DNA of 64,000 nucleotides from Promethearchaeati archaeon SRVP18_Atabeyarchaeia-1 (GTDB taxonomy: Archaea; Asgardarchaeota; Atabeyarchaeia; Atabeyarchaeales; Atabeyarchaeaceae). The notes below the pieces were generated by a model. That model made no database searches and was not told the origin of the DNA. It was given only the letters and a program-made list of their open reading frames with translations. The stretch lies in assembly GCA_037308085.1 (NCBI GenBank), contig CP147779.1:1952001-2016000 (forward strand). The letters are read 5' to 3'. The position numbers and the translations under genes are program-made. Shown piece after piece: positions 10,501 to 20,337 of this stretch (position 1 is the first letter of the stretch; each line of letters opens with the position of its first letter).

Positions 10501-10698
10501 GACAAAAAACCACATCACCGATTGCACGCACATCGTGTAAACAGTTATGGTGCTTCGCACCCTTAAAAGAACGATGAAAAAGAGAGCTTTGGTTGGTTGA
10601 GCGACCACAAAAAGTTTTTCATGGCAAAAAGTGGGAAAAGTCAGGTAATTAGTCGGTAGCGTAGTCGAAGAATTTAGGCTTCGTTCCTAGAACTTCTG

Positions 10699-12618
10699 TC
10701 AACTAAGTAGTATTGAAAGTATCTCTTTTAGTGGGGCGGTTGCCACGCAAACATAGGAGTCTGCCGCACCATAATAGAGGTAAACTGTATTACCGCTTAT
10801 TGTATTACCGCTTACTACGGCACCGCATGGGAAAACTACGTTTCTAACGTAGCCCTCCTTTTCATAGCTTGCAACTGGTTCTAGGAGTGCGCTTGGCGTT
10901 CTTGCGATAATGTTTTCTGGGTTTTCTAAATCTAATAGGATGGCGCCAACCCTATACGTGTTATCGTGTGAAACGCCATGGTAGAAAACGAGCCAACCTG
11001 AGGACGTTTTTATTGGAGGCCCTGCGAGGCCTACTTTCTTCCCATCCCACATCCCTATTCTTGGCCCCAAAAGTTCAAAGTTTAACAGCTTGTCAGGTTC
11101 CACATAGTCGAGAGAATGAATGTAGTCGTAGACAATGTTTACGCTTCCTGCTCTATGGATAAACATGTACTTGCCGCCAATTTTCTCGGGGATTATGCAA
11201 GCATCTTTATCGTCTGTATTTGGGGGTGAGATTACTCGGGGCGTAGACCATTTCCACTCTCGATTAAGAAAATCCTTTACATTTATGGATGTGAGGGCAA
11301 CCTTTGGTGGATTCACGTTGTCGTAGGCTGTATAAAACATGTGAATCTTATCGTCTATCCTCACGACGCGTGGGTCTTCACATCCTGAGTGGCCTGGGGT
11401 CTGCTTAGACTCAAAATCTTCGCGCGGAACGTATATGGGCCCATCTAGCCGCTCATCAATTTTGAAGCCATCTTTGCTAACTGCAAGACCGATTGTTGAT
11501 GTTTTATCGCGTGATAGGGCCCTGTAAAGGATGTATATTTCCCCCTCGAGCTCTATGACGGCGGGGTTGAGAGTTGCTACGCTCTCCCAGTCATGTCCAG
11601 GGTTAGGCTTTATGATTGGGTTGTGGGGCCATCTGTTAAAAACAGGTCTCGTTTTCCATTTCAGGATTTCAGTTATCTCCCTCAATTTGATCGTCGCGAG
11701 GCAACAAGTCATATCCGCTGCGCCATAGAAAAGTTTTACATCCTCCCCCTCTAAAATCGCTGATGTGGGAAAAACAACTCTTGGCACATGCCCATACCAT
11801 TCATAAAACTCTTCAGCAACCAGTAATGGGGAATCTGTCTTAGCGATGACCTTCTTTGGGTTATCTGAATCTAGTAGCAAAGCCTCCACACCGAAGACTC
11901 TATTTTCAGGATTAGGAGAGAAATAGTTTTGGATGTAAGAGTAGACGGCCAGCCAGCCCCCAGCCACCTTGACTGGTGGCGCACCAACCTCTATGTTATC
12001 TTGAGCCTCTCTTCTAGGGTCGGGGGTCAATACATGGTCCTTCAATTCCTTGTACCACTTCCCCATCTCGTCGTACCATAATGCAGGTTCATCTCCAAGC
12101 TGTGCGATTCCTATGTAGGTGGGAGGCCTATCCGTATTAACCGTTAAAACTGCTGTAAGCTTTCCACCAATTCTTTCAGGGAAAAGCGCCATAGCCTTCG
12201 CGTTGAAGGGTGTTACTAAATACTTCCCCTCAATCTTTTCTAGATCTCTGCTTACCGCCACCCCCACCCTTATACCTTCCGCGGCTGGGGGATGCGTAGA
12301 TATGGCGGTGTAAAAAATGTAGTATTGTCCATCAATATAGGTTACTCTTGGGTCTTCACATCCAAATTTCTCCCATTCCTCAATAGGAGAGATGAATCTT
12401 TCCCTATCGTGGAAAAGCAGTGCGTCTTTGCTTTTCGCTATGCCTATCGAACTGAAGCTTGTCCCCTGTTTCTTTAAAAGGTCAGAGGAAGAGACAGCAC
12501 GGTAAAGCATGTAATAGAATTTCTTCCTCTTGACTACACAAGGATTAAAAACGGCGAACGCTTCCCACGCATGCTCCCTGATGGGATACAAGATAGGATT
12601 ATGACTACACCTTCCCAT
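10699..12618 (-). CDS. Tandem two-domain GH130-family glycoside phosphorylase/hydrolase
   Basis: Two repeats of NPI...F/LNP...YRA...GCEDPRV...VVFP...YGAAD. Confidence 0.88.
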   Translation of the reverse strand: MGRCSHNPILYPIREHAWEAFAVFNPCVVKRKKFYYMLYRAVSSSDLLKKQGTSFSSIGIAKSKDALLFHDRERFISPIEEWEKFGCEDPRVTYIDGQYYIFYTAISTHPPAAEGIRVGVAVSRDLEKIEGKYLVTPFNAKAMALFPERIGGKLTAVLTVNTDRPPTYIGIAQLGDEPALWYDEMGKWYKELKDHVLTPDPRREAQDNIEVGAPPVKVAGGWLAVYSYIQNYFSPNPENRVFGVEALLLDSDNPKKVIAKTDSPLLVAEEFYEWYGHVPRVVFPTSAILEGEDVKLFYGAADMTCCLATIKLREITEILKWKTRPVFNRWPHNPIIKPNPGHDWESVATLNPAVIELEGEIYILYRALSRDKTSTIGLAVSKDGFKIDERLDGPIYVPREDFESKQTPGHSGCEDPRVVRIDDKIHMFYTAYDNVNPPKVALTSINVKDFLNREWKWSTPRVISPPNTDDKDACIIPEKIGGKYMFIHRAGSVNIVYDYIHSLDYVEPDKLLNFELLGPRIGMWDGKKVGLAGPPIKTSSGWLVFYHGVSHDNTYRVGAILLDLENPENIIARTPSALLEPVASYEKEGYVRNVVFPCGAVVSGNTISGNTVYLYYGAADSYVCVATAPLKEILSILLS

Positions 12619-12755
12619 CTCTTAAGACAACCTCCTACCCCGTCAATTACTTGCTCTTATGTTTCTAAGCTTTTCTGTTGTTATCCTGGCAGTTCGCCTG
12701 GCGCCGCCTGTCATAGGATTTTTTGTTCTAGCGCATGCGCAAACTTACGCAGGAT

Positions 12756-13900
12756 CTGACATACTCCCACGGCTAAAGCCTGTGGGGTTCTGAGGCCGTT
12801 GTCGTCCGCAACGTTGCCTCTTGGGGCGTATCAGTGCTGCCCTCCGGCATATCTCTGTCTATGCCGGATTGAGAGACACCTATCTGGCGCAACGCCGCTA
12901 TGTTGAACGACGCGTTGACGTCTGCGTTCTCAACGTGCCCGCATGATGGGCACTTGAAGTGCTTGCCGTTCCTGTGGCCCATGTGACCGCACCTTGAACA
13001 CGTCTGAGACGTGTAGGCTGGTTCAACATAGGCAACGGCTACTCCTCGCAGCTTGGCCTTATACTCCACAAATCTCTGCAGCTGGTAGAAGGACCAACTG
13101 TTCAAGGAATACCTGAACGACTTAGCATGCCTACGGCTTCCGCGGATGCCCTCCAGCCGTTCGAGCTTAATGCCTCTGCCAAGTGATGCAGCTAGGTCAA
13201 CAATCTTCCTGCTAACCTTGTGATTGAGGTCTCTGACGATCCGGCTCTCTCTATTCTTGATCCGCTTAAGCGCTTTGTACCTTCCCCGCTTCTGAAGCTT
13301 CCGCCGGATGTTCATATACTTCCTATGGACATGCTGAGCCCGTTTTCCGAGCTTCCACACCTTGCCCGTCCCGGGATCAGATGCCACAGCAACGTGGCCG
13401 GTGGTGTTGAGGTCAACGCCTACATATCCGCTCGGCTCTACGGGTTCCTCTTCCTTAATGGAGATGGAGACGTAGGCGTACTCGCTGTCTACCTCCACCT
13501 GGCCGATCTTCTCAAAGCTGGGGAAGTGCTGGCATGCCAAGGCGAGCTTCAGGCAGGGGATGGTTATGGTCTGCTTCTCCTTGTCCGCCTTGATGCCTTG
13601 CCCTGGCACGGTGAGGTTGACGTTCCTGATCTTCCTGATTTTCTGGTTTTTGCCGTATTTTCTTAGTATCTGGTTTGCTATGCTGGACTTGAGGCCTATG
13701 TGCTTGACGTCCTTTGAGGAGAAGGTTCGGTGCCTGACCGCGAAGTCTGCTACCTGCCTCGCTTTCCCCAGTCCCTCGGAGAAGTCTCTGCCATGCTTGA
13801 CCTTGTAGGTTAGCAGCATACTCCCATCTAAGGCTTGGCCATATTTATATTCGCCATTCATCCCACCCCTAAAGGGCGTGGGCTTTCTGGCTGCTCTCTT
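12756..13900 (-). mobile_element. IS1341-like tnpB-only element inserted between the divergent GH130 genes
   Basis: Minus strand: TTTAC|AAGAGAGCAGCCAGAAAGCCCACGCCCTTTAGGGGTGGG left end; right end CCCACAGGCTTTAGCCGTGGGAGTATGTCAG. Confidence 0.8.
12773..13819 (-). CDS. tnpB: TnpB RNA-guided nuclease (348 aa, triad intact)
   Basis: GVDLN, KLERL, CSRCG..CPSCG, NADVNA. Start at ATG 13819 (MLLTYK), inside the IS left end. Confidence 0.9.
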   Translation of the reverse strand: MLLTYKVKHGRDFSEGLGKARQVADFAVRHRTFSSKDVKHIGLKSSIANQILRKYGKNQKIRKIRNVNLTVPGQGIKADKEKQTITIPCLKLALACQHFPSFEKIGQVEVDSEYAYVSISIKEEEPVEPSGYVGVDLNTTGHVAVASDPGTGKVWKLGKRAQHVHRKYMNIRRKLQKRGRYKALKRIKNRESRIVRDLNHKVSRKIVDLAASLGRGIKLERLEGIRGSRRHAKSFRYSLNSWSFYQLQRFVEYKAKLRGVAVAYVEPAYTSQTCSRCGHMGHRNGKHFKCPSCGHVENADVNASFNIAALRQIGVSQSGIDRDMPEGSTDTPQEATLRTTTASEPHRL

Positions 13901-14088
13901 GTAAACGGCGTGATGCTTCGCATCCTTAAAAGAACTCATGAAAACGCGGAGGTTTGCCACATCGTGGTAAACCTCTAATGAACCCAAAAGATGTCTGCAT
14001 AGTTGTTACGTGGCGCCAAAAAGACTTGGAGTTTCATGGTCTGAATGGTCAAAAATAGTTAAAAGGCGCGCGCACCTTCTTAGGAACA

Positions 14089-15174
14089 GTGGTTTTGGAA
14101 ACCATGTTGGTTAAGTTCTCTGATAATCCGATAATTGCTCCCAGCGAAGACCAGTATTGGGAGAGGTATCAAACCTTTAATTCAGGAGCTATTCTGTTGG
14201 ATGATAAAATCCATCTGGTCTATAGGGCTATTGGTGTTGACGGGATTTCTCGGTTTGGATACGCTGTTTCTAGTGATGGGTTTAGGGTAGATGAAAGACT
14301 CCCGCATCCTATCTATGAGCGAAGGGGTTGCTCGCTTTCCGCGTACCTATCTGCTTCTGGCGGAGGTTTTGGCGGTTGTGAAGACCCGAGACTGGTAAAG
14401 ATTGAAGAGTTAAACAGTATTTACGCGACGTATAATGCTTTCGGCGAAGGATTGAGGGTGGGGATAACCTCTATTCGTGTGGATGACTTCCTCGACAGAA
14501 AATGGAGCTGGAAAGAAGAAAGATTGATCTCTCCACCGGGAGAAGTCAGCAAGAACTTTGCAATCTTCCCAGAGAAGGTCAAAGGGAAATATGCAATCCT
14601 GCAAAGCATATCCCCGAACATTTCAATCACATACCTAGATAGTCTTGACCTTGAAGAAGGGAAGTACATAAGAAGTTGGCATGAAGATGGACTTCCCCCT
14701 GCTGAAGGGGGATGGGAAACATCAGTAAAAAGCCCCGGACCGCCACCATTAAAGACAGAGAGGGGCTGGCTCCTCTTTTACCACGGAGTGGATGAAGGGA
14801 AGTATAAAATAGGTGCCACGCTTTTAGACCTTAAGAACCCGGAAAATGTGCTGTGTACATCAAAGCAGCCAGTTATCGAACCAGACCAAGAATATGAGAA
14901 CAGCGGATTCAAACCAGGAATAGTCTACACCTGTGGTGCTGTAATAAAGGATAAAACACTCCTCGTGTACTATGGTGGAGCCGATACCTGCACGTGCGTA
15001 GCCTACGCATGGCTCGATGAATTTTTAGACGCATTAGAAGAAAAAGGAAAACCGAAACTTGAACCTCCAGCAATCGAAGGGCATGAACTCATTAAAAAGG
15101 AAAAGCAGAAAATTGAGGCCCCAGCAAAGAAAGGACATAGATTCTTTAGAAGAAAAAGGAAAGCCGAAAATTGA
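14089..15174 (+). CDS. GH130-family glycoside phosphorylase/hydrolase
   Basis: NPII, TFNSGA, GCEDPRL, IVYTCG, YYGGAD. Confidence 0.88.
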   Translation: MVLETMLVKFSDNPIIAPSEDQYWERYQTFNSGAILLDDKIHLVYRAIGVDGISRFGYAVSSDGFRVDERLPHPIYERRGCSLSAYLSASGGGFGGCEDPRLVKIEELNSIYATYNAFGEGLRVGITSIRVDDFLDRKWSWKEERLISPPGEVSKNFAIFPEKVKGKYAILQSISPNISITYLDSLDLEEGKYIRSWHEDGLPPAEGGWETSVKSPGPPPLKTERGWLLFYHGVDEGKYKIGATLLDLKNPENVLCTSKQPVIEPDQEYENSGFKPGIVYTCGAVIKDKTLLVYYGGADTCTCVAYAWLDEFLDALEEKGKPKLEPPAIEGHELIKKEKQKIEAPAKKGHRFFRRKRKAEN

Positions 15175-15200
15175 GGCTCCAGCAATCGGAGGACACGATG
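15052..15200 (+). repeat. Three degenerate ~55-bp tandem repeats at the GH130 3' end
   Basis: Units encode KLEPPAIEGH / KIEAPAKKGH / KIEAPAIGGH; the third is out of frame and overlaps the stop. Confidence 0.6.
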
Positions 15201-15370
15201 ACCACGCTGGGATAGCAGAAGAATCCGAGCATTGAAGCCATGACTACTAGGAAGCGTGTTCACCATTCAATCCATGTTTTGCACAGAAACAAAGGTTGCT
15301 CGTAGAAAAGCGGCGCATTGTTAAGCAATCTGACTTGACGGACGGACGGTTGGTATGAATTGTGATGAGC

Positions 15371-15859
15371 TCATTCTTGTTTGTAGGATGACCCTCTTAT
15401 CTTCCCTAGAAAGACATTCAACTTTCTGTAATAACCCTTCGTGCCGATCTCTCCCTTCTTTAGGTCTAAGATTGCTGCCGGCGCCTTCCTAGTGAGGGAT
15501 TCCATCGCGCCAAAGACCTTCGACGCCTCAGAACTCGCCTTCGTACAGAAAAACGCAACCTTCCGGATGGTTCTCCCGTGCTTAACCAAGAAAGCCCGCA
15601 CAGGACTAGACAGGCGCCCCGCCCACACAGGCGTCCCGACAATAACAATATCAAAATGCTTCATCTTAGCTGCAACTGGGTTAATTTTAGCAGGCTTCTG
15701 TCGGTAAGCCTGATACCCCGATCGCATAAACCCAAAGAAACCCTTGCGGCCTTTGGGTTCCGTGATTTCCTCGATTTCACAGTGCAATCGATCTGCAATA
15801 GCTTGCGCGACCCTGCGGGTAGTTCCATCCCGTGAAAAGAATACTACAAGTGCATTCAC
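15371..15859 (-). CDS. Flavodoxin-like protein
   Basis: VFFSRDGTT, VGTPVWAG, AFFCT. Confidence 0.85.
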   Translation of the reverse strand: MNALVVFFSRDGTTRRVAQAIADRLHCEIEEITEPKGRKGFFGFMRSGYQAYRQKPAKINPVAAKMKHFDIVIVGTPVWAGRLSSPVRAFLVKHGRTIRKVAFFCTKASSEASKVFGAMESLTRKAPAAILDLKKGEIGTKGYYRKLNVFLGKIRGSSYKQE

Positions 15860-15944
15860 GATGAATCACTGGCAAACACTATTCACGTCTTCCTATATGA
15901 GAATTCACATGAGACTTTTGTTAACCTGCATCACAAAACCCGAT

Positions 15945-16489
15945 TCACGTCGATCGAATCTTCTTGTCGGGGATACTGTAGGTGTTGCCGTACTGCTTCA
16001 GGGGGATTGACCTGACTTCGCTCTTGAATCTAAGCCTGCCCGCCTTGTGTCCGTTTGCCTTGAGGTTGGCTAGTCCCTTCATGTTGTCGAGGGTTCGGGT
16101 GATTATGCTCTGCTTCATCTGTGAGGATAGGTGGGATATTCTGCGTGTCTCGAAGTGGTCTTTGACCTTGACTGGGACCTCCTGTATCTCCTTGTAGTCA
16201 AGCGCAGCTGCGCCGCCCCGGGATATGAGGAAGTTGTATAGCCACTTGGCTTCCAGGAAGAGCAGCGCAAAATGCTCCCTCGTGGCGCGGCTTAGGTGTG
16301 AGTGGTCGAGCTTCACATGGTACGCCTTGCAGGCTTGGCTCCTCCGCTTCTCCCGGGTGGCCCTCAGGGAGGCTCTGATGGTCTCGCTCTTCAGCATACC
16401 TCTCTCCACGTACCAACCAGGTACGTGCCTCAATATAAGTGCACCATTCATCCCACCCCAAAAGGGCATGGGCATTCTGGCTCGACTTG
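15945..16489 (-). pseudogene. tnpB: Truncated IS element: left end plus tnpB 5' fragment
   Basis: TTTAC|CAAGTCGAGCCAGAATGCCCATGCCCTTTTGGGGTGGG left end. ORF from ATG 16397 has TnpB N-terminal features (EAKWLYN, GRLRFKS) but no RuvC or zinc finger. Confidence 0.75.
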
Positions 16490-16590
16490 GTAAAAGGACG
16501 TTGGAACCTTTAGGTAACCACCAGTGATAACCATAAGTAACTGGGGCACCTGACTGTTGACACTCTTGCTCGCGCTATGCTGAGCGCTCG

Positions 16591-16935
16591 TTACGATCCT
16601 ATTTCCTCAAGCTTGTCTATGAACTTGCTGTACCAGCAGTTGAACTCTTCGTTGGACGCGACATGTAGTTCTATGGGTGCGTCTATAGTAGAGTAGATCT
16701 TTGCTTCGACCTCATATACTTGGTCCCGAGTCACACCATCAACTACGATGAGAATATCTATGTCGCTCATCGCTGTCTGTCTGCCCTTTGTGACTGAGCC
16801 AAACACGTAAACTCTGGAGCCTGTCAAGAACGTGTCTACGATGCGCTTAACCTTCCGCGCCACTTCCTTATAATTCTTGATCTGGTTCAATGCCTTGGTT
16901 CCTGATTCCACGAGCAGCTCAAATCCTTTCGACAA
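16591..16935 (-). CDS. Minimal nucleotidyltransferase (MNT)
   Basis: VFGSVTKG...SDIDILI. Confidence 0.88.
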   Translation of the reverse strand: MSKGFELLVESGTKALNQIKNYKEVARKVKRIVDTFLTGSRVYVFGSVTKGRQTAMSDIDILIVVDGVTRDQVYEVEAKIYSTIDAPIELHVASNEEFNCWYSKFIDKLEEIGS

Positions 16936-17305
16936 TGGGTTTGAACACCTCTTTCACGAATTTCAGCATGCTCTTGACTTCGCTCCCCTCGTAGCGTCTG
17001 GGCAAATACCTGGCGCCAATGTACGCGTCCTCAACCTTAGTTAGATACAGCATGTTTTCGGAGTCGTCTAGGAAGTCTTTGAGCGCTGGTGCGATCACCG
17101 TAAGTTCACGCAAAAGTCTTATGACCGAGTGGATCATAGGATAGGTGCCGGCCTTGATTAGCAGCTTATACTTAAGCATAAGCTGGCAGTATTGCTCAAT
17201 GTTGAAAGCAGCCAAGTCTAGGACACCTTCTCCGACCAGCTTCTCGGCATTCTTCAAAAAAGCTTCAGCCCTTTCCTTGAAGAGCTCAGCATCTTCAAAA
17301 GACAT
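16919..17305 (-). CDS. HEPN domain protein
   Basis: AAFNIEQYCQL, IHSV, AYIGARY; overlaps the MNT gene. Confidence 0.88.
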   Translation of the reverse strand: MSFEDAELFKERAEAFLKNAEKLVGEGVLDLAAFNIEQYCQLMLKYKLLIKAGTYPMIHSVIRLLRELTVIAPALKDFLDDSENMLYLTKVEDAYIGARYLPRRYEGSEVKSMLKFVKEVFKPIVERI

Positions 17306-17453
17306 GGCAATTACGACCTATCAGAATTCTCAACATTCCACGCTAGCGCCATACTTGCTTATCTATTCTATCCATTCCAACGACACATTTCGCCTCTCTA
17401 AACAGTTCCAGTCAATGTGGGTTTACATAGGTATATGTCATACAAGTTTACGT

Positions 17454-18049
17454 ATGCCTGAAAGACTTTACACTCCAAGAGAAACCTGTATTCTCCTAGG
17501 CGTGCATCCTAGGACAGTTCAGAAGTGGGACAAAGAGGGGAAAATAAGGGTTGCCAGGACACCGGGTAGAAGAAGAAGGATACCAGAATCAGAGATAAGG
17601 ACGCTACAAGGCGAAACGGGATCAGGGTCTCGATCGGGTACGCTAGGGTGTCGTCACGAGATCAGTCGGACGACCTGGAACACGGGGTAGAGTATACAAA
17701 GTCTAAAGGCGCAAGCAAAGCGATAAGGGACATGGACAGCAGGCCCAATGAGAAGAGGAGAGGCTACACAAAACTAGGAAAAGTGCTTTCTAACGAGGTG
17801 GGGAAGGTCACAGTGACACACGCAGACAGGCTCACAAGATTCGGATTCGAAACATTAGAGCAGGTGTTTCAAGCACATGGCGCCGAAATCGATGTGCTGA
17901 ACGAGGCTAACCTGAAGACGCCGCAACAGGAACTGGTGGAAGCCCTTATTGCGATAATATCGTGCTTCTCAGGCAAACCCTAGGGTCTCAGGAGCCGCAA
18001 GTACAAGGAGGTTGTTGAAAGCGCTAAGAACCTATTCACTCAGTCATAA
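17454..18049 (+). pseudogene. tnpA: IS607 serine-recombinase transposase, disrupted
   Basis: MerR-like HTH (LLGVHPRTVQKWDKEGKI...TPGRRRR), then a frameshift near 17620 into GYARVSS...DRLTRFGF; premature TAG at 17981-17983. Confidence 0.85.
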
Positions 18050-19286
18050 CCAAGGCGAAGCACTCAGCGGCCTAATGGCTGCCTACAATAACATTCTCAA
18101 CGCCATGCTGCAGTGCACCTGGAGGACGACAGAGTGGAGGAAGCACCAGATCAAGGGCAAGAAGCAGCACAGGCTCTACCCTATCTACAGGAAGGACAAC
18201 GCCTTCAGACGGGAGTTGAGAGACAGGTGCCTGGAAGAGTGGTGCTATGCCGCGCACTGGGTTGACTCCGCCTTGAAGACCGCCTTCAGCATCATGGCTT
18301 CCTGGAAGAGGAACTATGACAAGGGTGAGAGGAAGCGGACGTGCCCACATGCGGGGAGGCTCTTCCTGCGGGCCAAGCAGACCCTCCTCAAGCTTGAAGG
18401 CGAGAAGCTGAGGGTCACCATGAAGCCGCATGAGTTCGTTTACATCGACTTGTCCAGGCGCTACTTCAAGCTGCCTGACAGCGTGTCCTCCGCGGGCATA
18501 GGTGAACCCATCATCACGCGCGACAGGATACACTTGCCCATCCATGTTCCAGAAGAGCAGGAGAAGAGGCTGGCTGAGAGGGTGGCGTGGGACTCGAATA
18601 TGCTTAGCATGGATGGGTACAGCCCTGAGACTGGCTGGGTGAAGATTGATACGAGGAGGCTCGCCTCCGTCCACATTTCGTCCTTCGAGAAGAGGCGCAG
18701 CGTGCAGAGGAAGGCCTCCAAGTCGAAGCGAGCGAAGAGAACTCTCACAAAATACCGGAGGAGGGAGAGGCACCGCGCCAGGAAGCACCAGGTGGAAATA
18801 GCGAGAGTGATGCGATCCCTATCAGACGAAAACGGCTTCGAGGAGCTGCGCAAGGAGAGGCTCTACTCCAAGTCGAGGGTGTGGAACAGGCGGGTGGCGA
18901 GGACGGACTGGCGCGGAATAAGGAGGCTCGCAGGAGGCGTTGAGGTGCCTCCGCAGTTCACTTCGAAGACGTGCTCCAGATGCGGGTGCGTAAACAAAGA
19001 CCTAAGAGGAGGAGTAGCGGTCTTCGAGTGCAAGAACTGTGGGCTGCGGATTGATAGGCAGCTCAACGCAGCCATCAACCTCTACCTGAGGATGGAGGGC
19101 GTTCCCCACGAGGAGAAGCGGTGGGATGCAAGCATCCTGCCTTCCTTAGTGGGTGGGTACGCCCTGACGGGGGCGGAGCGGAGGGGTGCCGATGAACTCG
19201 TGAGGCGCCTACATGATGCGGTGAAGCCCCAGATCTACGTGGCATACGACAGGTACGCTGACGCATACCTACCTACGCCTACATAG
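18012..19286 (+). CDS. tnpB: IS607-associated TnpB (RuvC-III DRQ variant)
   Basis: AWDSN, GFEEL, CSRCG..CKNCG, IDRQLNAAIN. Confidence 0.85.
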   Translation: MLKALRTYSLSHNQGEALSGLMAAYNNILNAMLQCTWRTTEWRKHQIKGKKQHRLYPIYRKDNAFRRELRDRCLEEWCYAAHWVDSALKTAFSIMASWKRNYDKGERKRTCPHAGRLFLRAKQTLLKLEGEKLRVTMKPHEFVYIDLSRRYFKLPDSVSSAGIGEPIITRDRIHLPIHVPEEQEKRLAERVAWDSNMLSMDGYSPETGWVKIDTRRLASVHISSFEKRRSVQRKASKSKRAKRTLTKYRRRERHRARKHQVEIARVMRSLSDENGFEELRKERLYSKSRVWNRRVARTDWRGIRRLAGGVEVPPQFTSKTCSRCGCVNKDLRGGVAVFECKNCGLRIDRQLNAAINLYLRMEGVPHEEKRWDASILPSLVGGYALTGAERRGADELVRRLHDAVKPQIYVAYDRYADAYLPTPT

Positions 19287-19514
19287 GTTGAAACCCGTGT
19301 TTTACTATTGAGGCCTGAAATCTTGCGTCTCAATTACTCTGAATCCCCCAGCGCCAAAGGGCCGAGATTTTTAGAGTGGTGAGCCTCGACCGCAGCATGA
19401 AACCAAAAGAGGATAGATCCTTTAGAAGACCTGAACACACTTTCATCTTCATGTTTCTTCTGTCGTCCTCACATTCTTATCCTCGTTCAAGTATTGGCGC
19501 CTCTAGAAAAGTGA

Positions 19515-20270
19515 GACAAGGTATTAAGCTCTGGGGGATCTTTGATGCTCCCCACACTAGAGTACGGGGCGTTCTAGCCGCGACTCTTGTAGCGTCGGGG
19601 TGCTTGGTAGGCCTGGGTACTTCGGGCTCTTCGCCAATGAGCCGGTCGTAGCGCTTCGCGAGACTCCGCTTATGGGTGTGGCGGATGTTGGCTGCAAGCC
19701 ATTCAGCTCGTTGGGTGGCGGTTGACTGAATGAACCGAAAGTCAAGTATGAGGGGGAGGTAGTCCCTAGTAGCGGGGGGACTCGTAGCTGAAGCCGACTG
19801 GGCCAAGAGTTTTCGTGGTGGCAGCGCTCATTTTGATAGCCGCTGGGGGCATCGCCACCTATTACTTGCTCCCCAGACCTCCACGTGTATCGTCAATCAT
19901 TGTAGTGAGCTACCAACGCCTTGAAGGGTGTTGGCTTCTTGGTTCATGGACCGAGCTTGCCTCGGCGTGTCGGGCACTGTTCGGGCACCTCGGGGGCGCT
20001 GGGGTAGCGGCTTCGATCTCCGCAGGCGTAGATTCGGCACGCACCGTACCTATGCCGAGACAGGTACATCTTTATGTATTTAAACCCGCCATTCATCCCA
20101 CCCCTGAAGGGCGTGGGCATTCTGGCCCACGTTTGTAAAGTCAGTCAGTTTTGACGGTGCTGCCCACGGAAACGACTGGGCTGAGGGCATGGCATATGAC
20201 GAGACGAACCACCTGCTACTCGTCTCTGGATGCATCACAGTTGCAGGTCAAGGCAAGGGCATCTTCCTCT
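19515..20270 (+). pseudogene. Diverged duplicate of 22620-23145 (promoter, leader and 5' end of the secreted-protein gene), interrupted and truncated
   Basis: Colinear DNA similarity; the protein LIAAGGIATYYLLPRPPRV...KSVSFDG..GNDWA matches the 22891 gene. Confidence 0.85.
19905..20134 (-). mobile_element. 230-bp non-autonomous IS200/IS605 mini-element (left end, TATA, omegaRNA-like scaffold, right end; no ORF)
   Basis: Left end resembles those at 13900 and 16489; right end is nearly identical to 10158-10195. Removing it restores ATT GTA GTA AAG TCA (IVVKS), matching NVVKS in the paralogue. Confidence 0.88.
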
Positions 20271-20337
20271 AGGTAAGATGGCCATAGGTGTGCATATCTA
20301 CCCCTCCTCGCGCACTTCTGCTCGAGGATTAAGACTG

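Noticed and set aside
19477-19806. Minus-strand ORFs conserved between the duplicated leaders (also 22382-22723)
   Set aside because: The second copy has in-frame stops upstream; conservation is better explained by the duplication and RNA structure.
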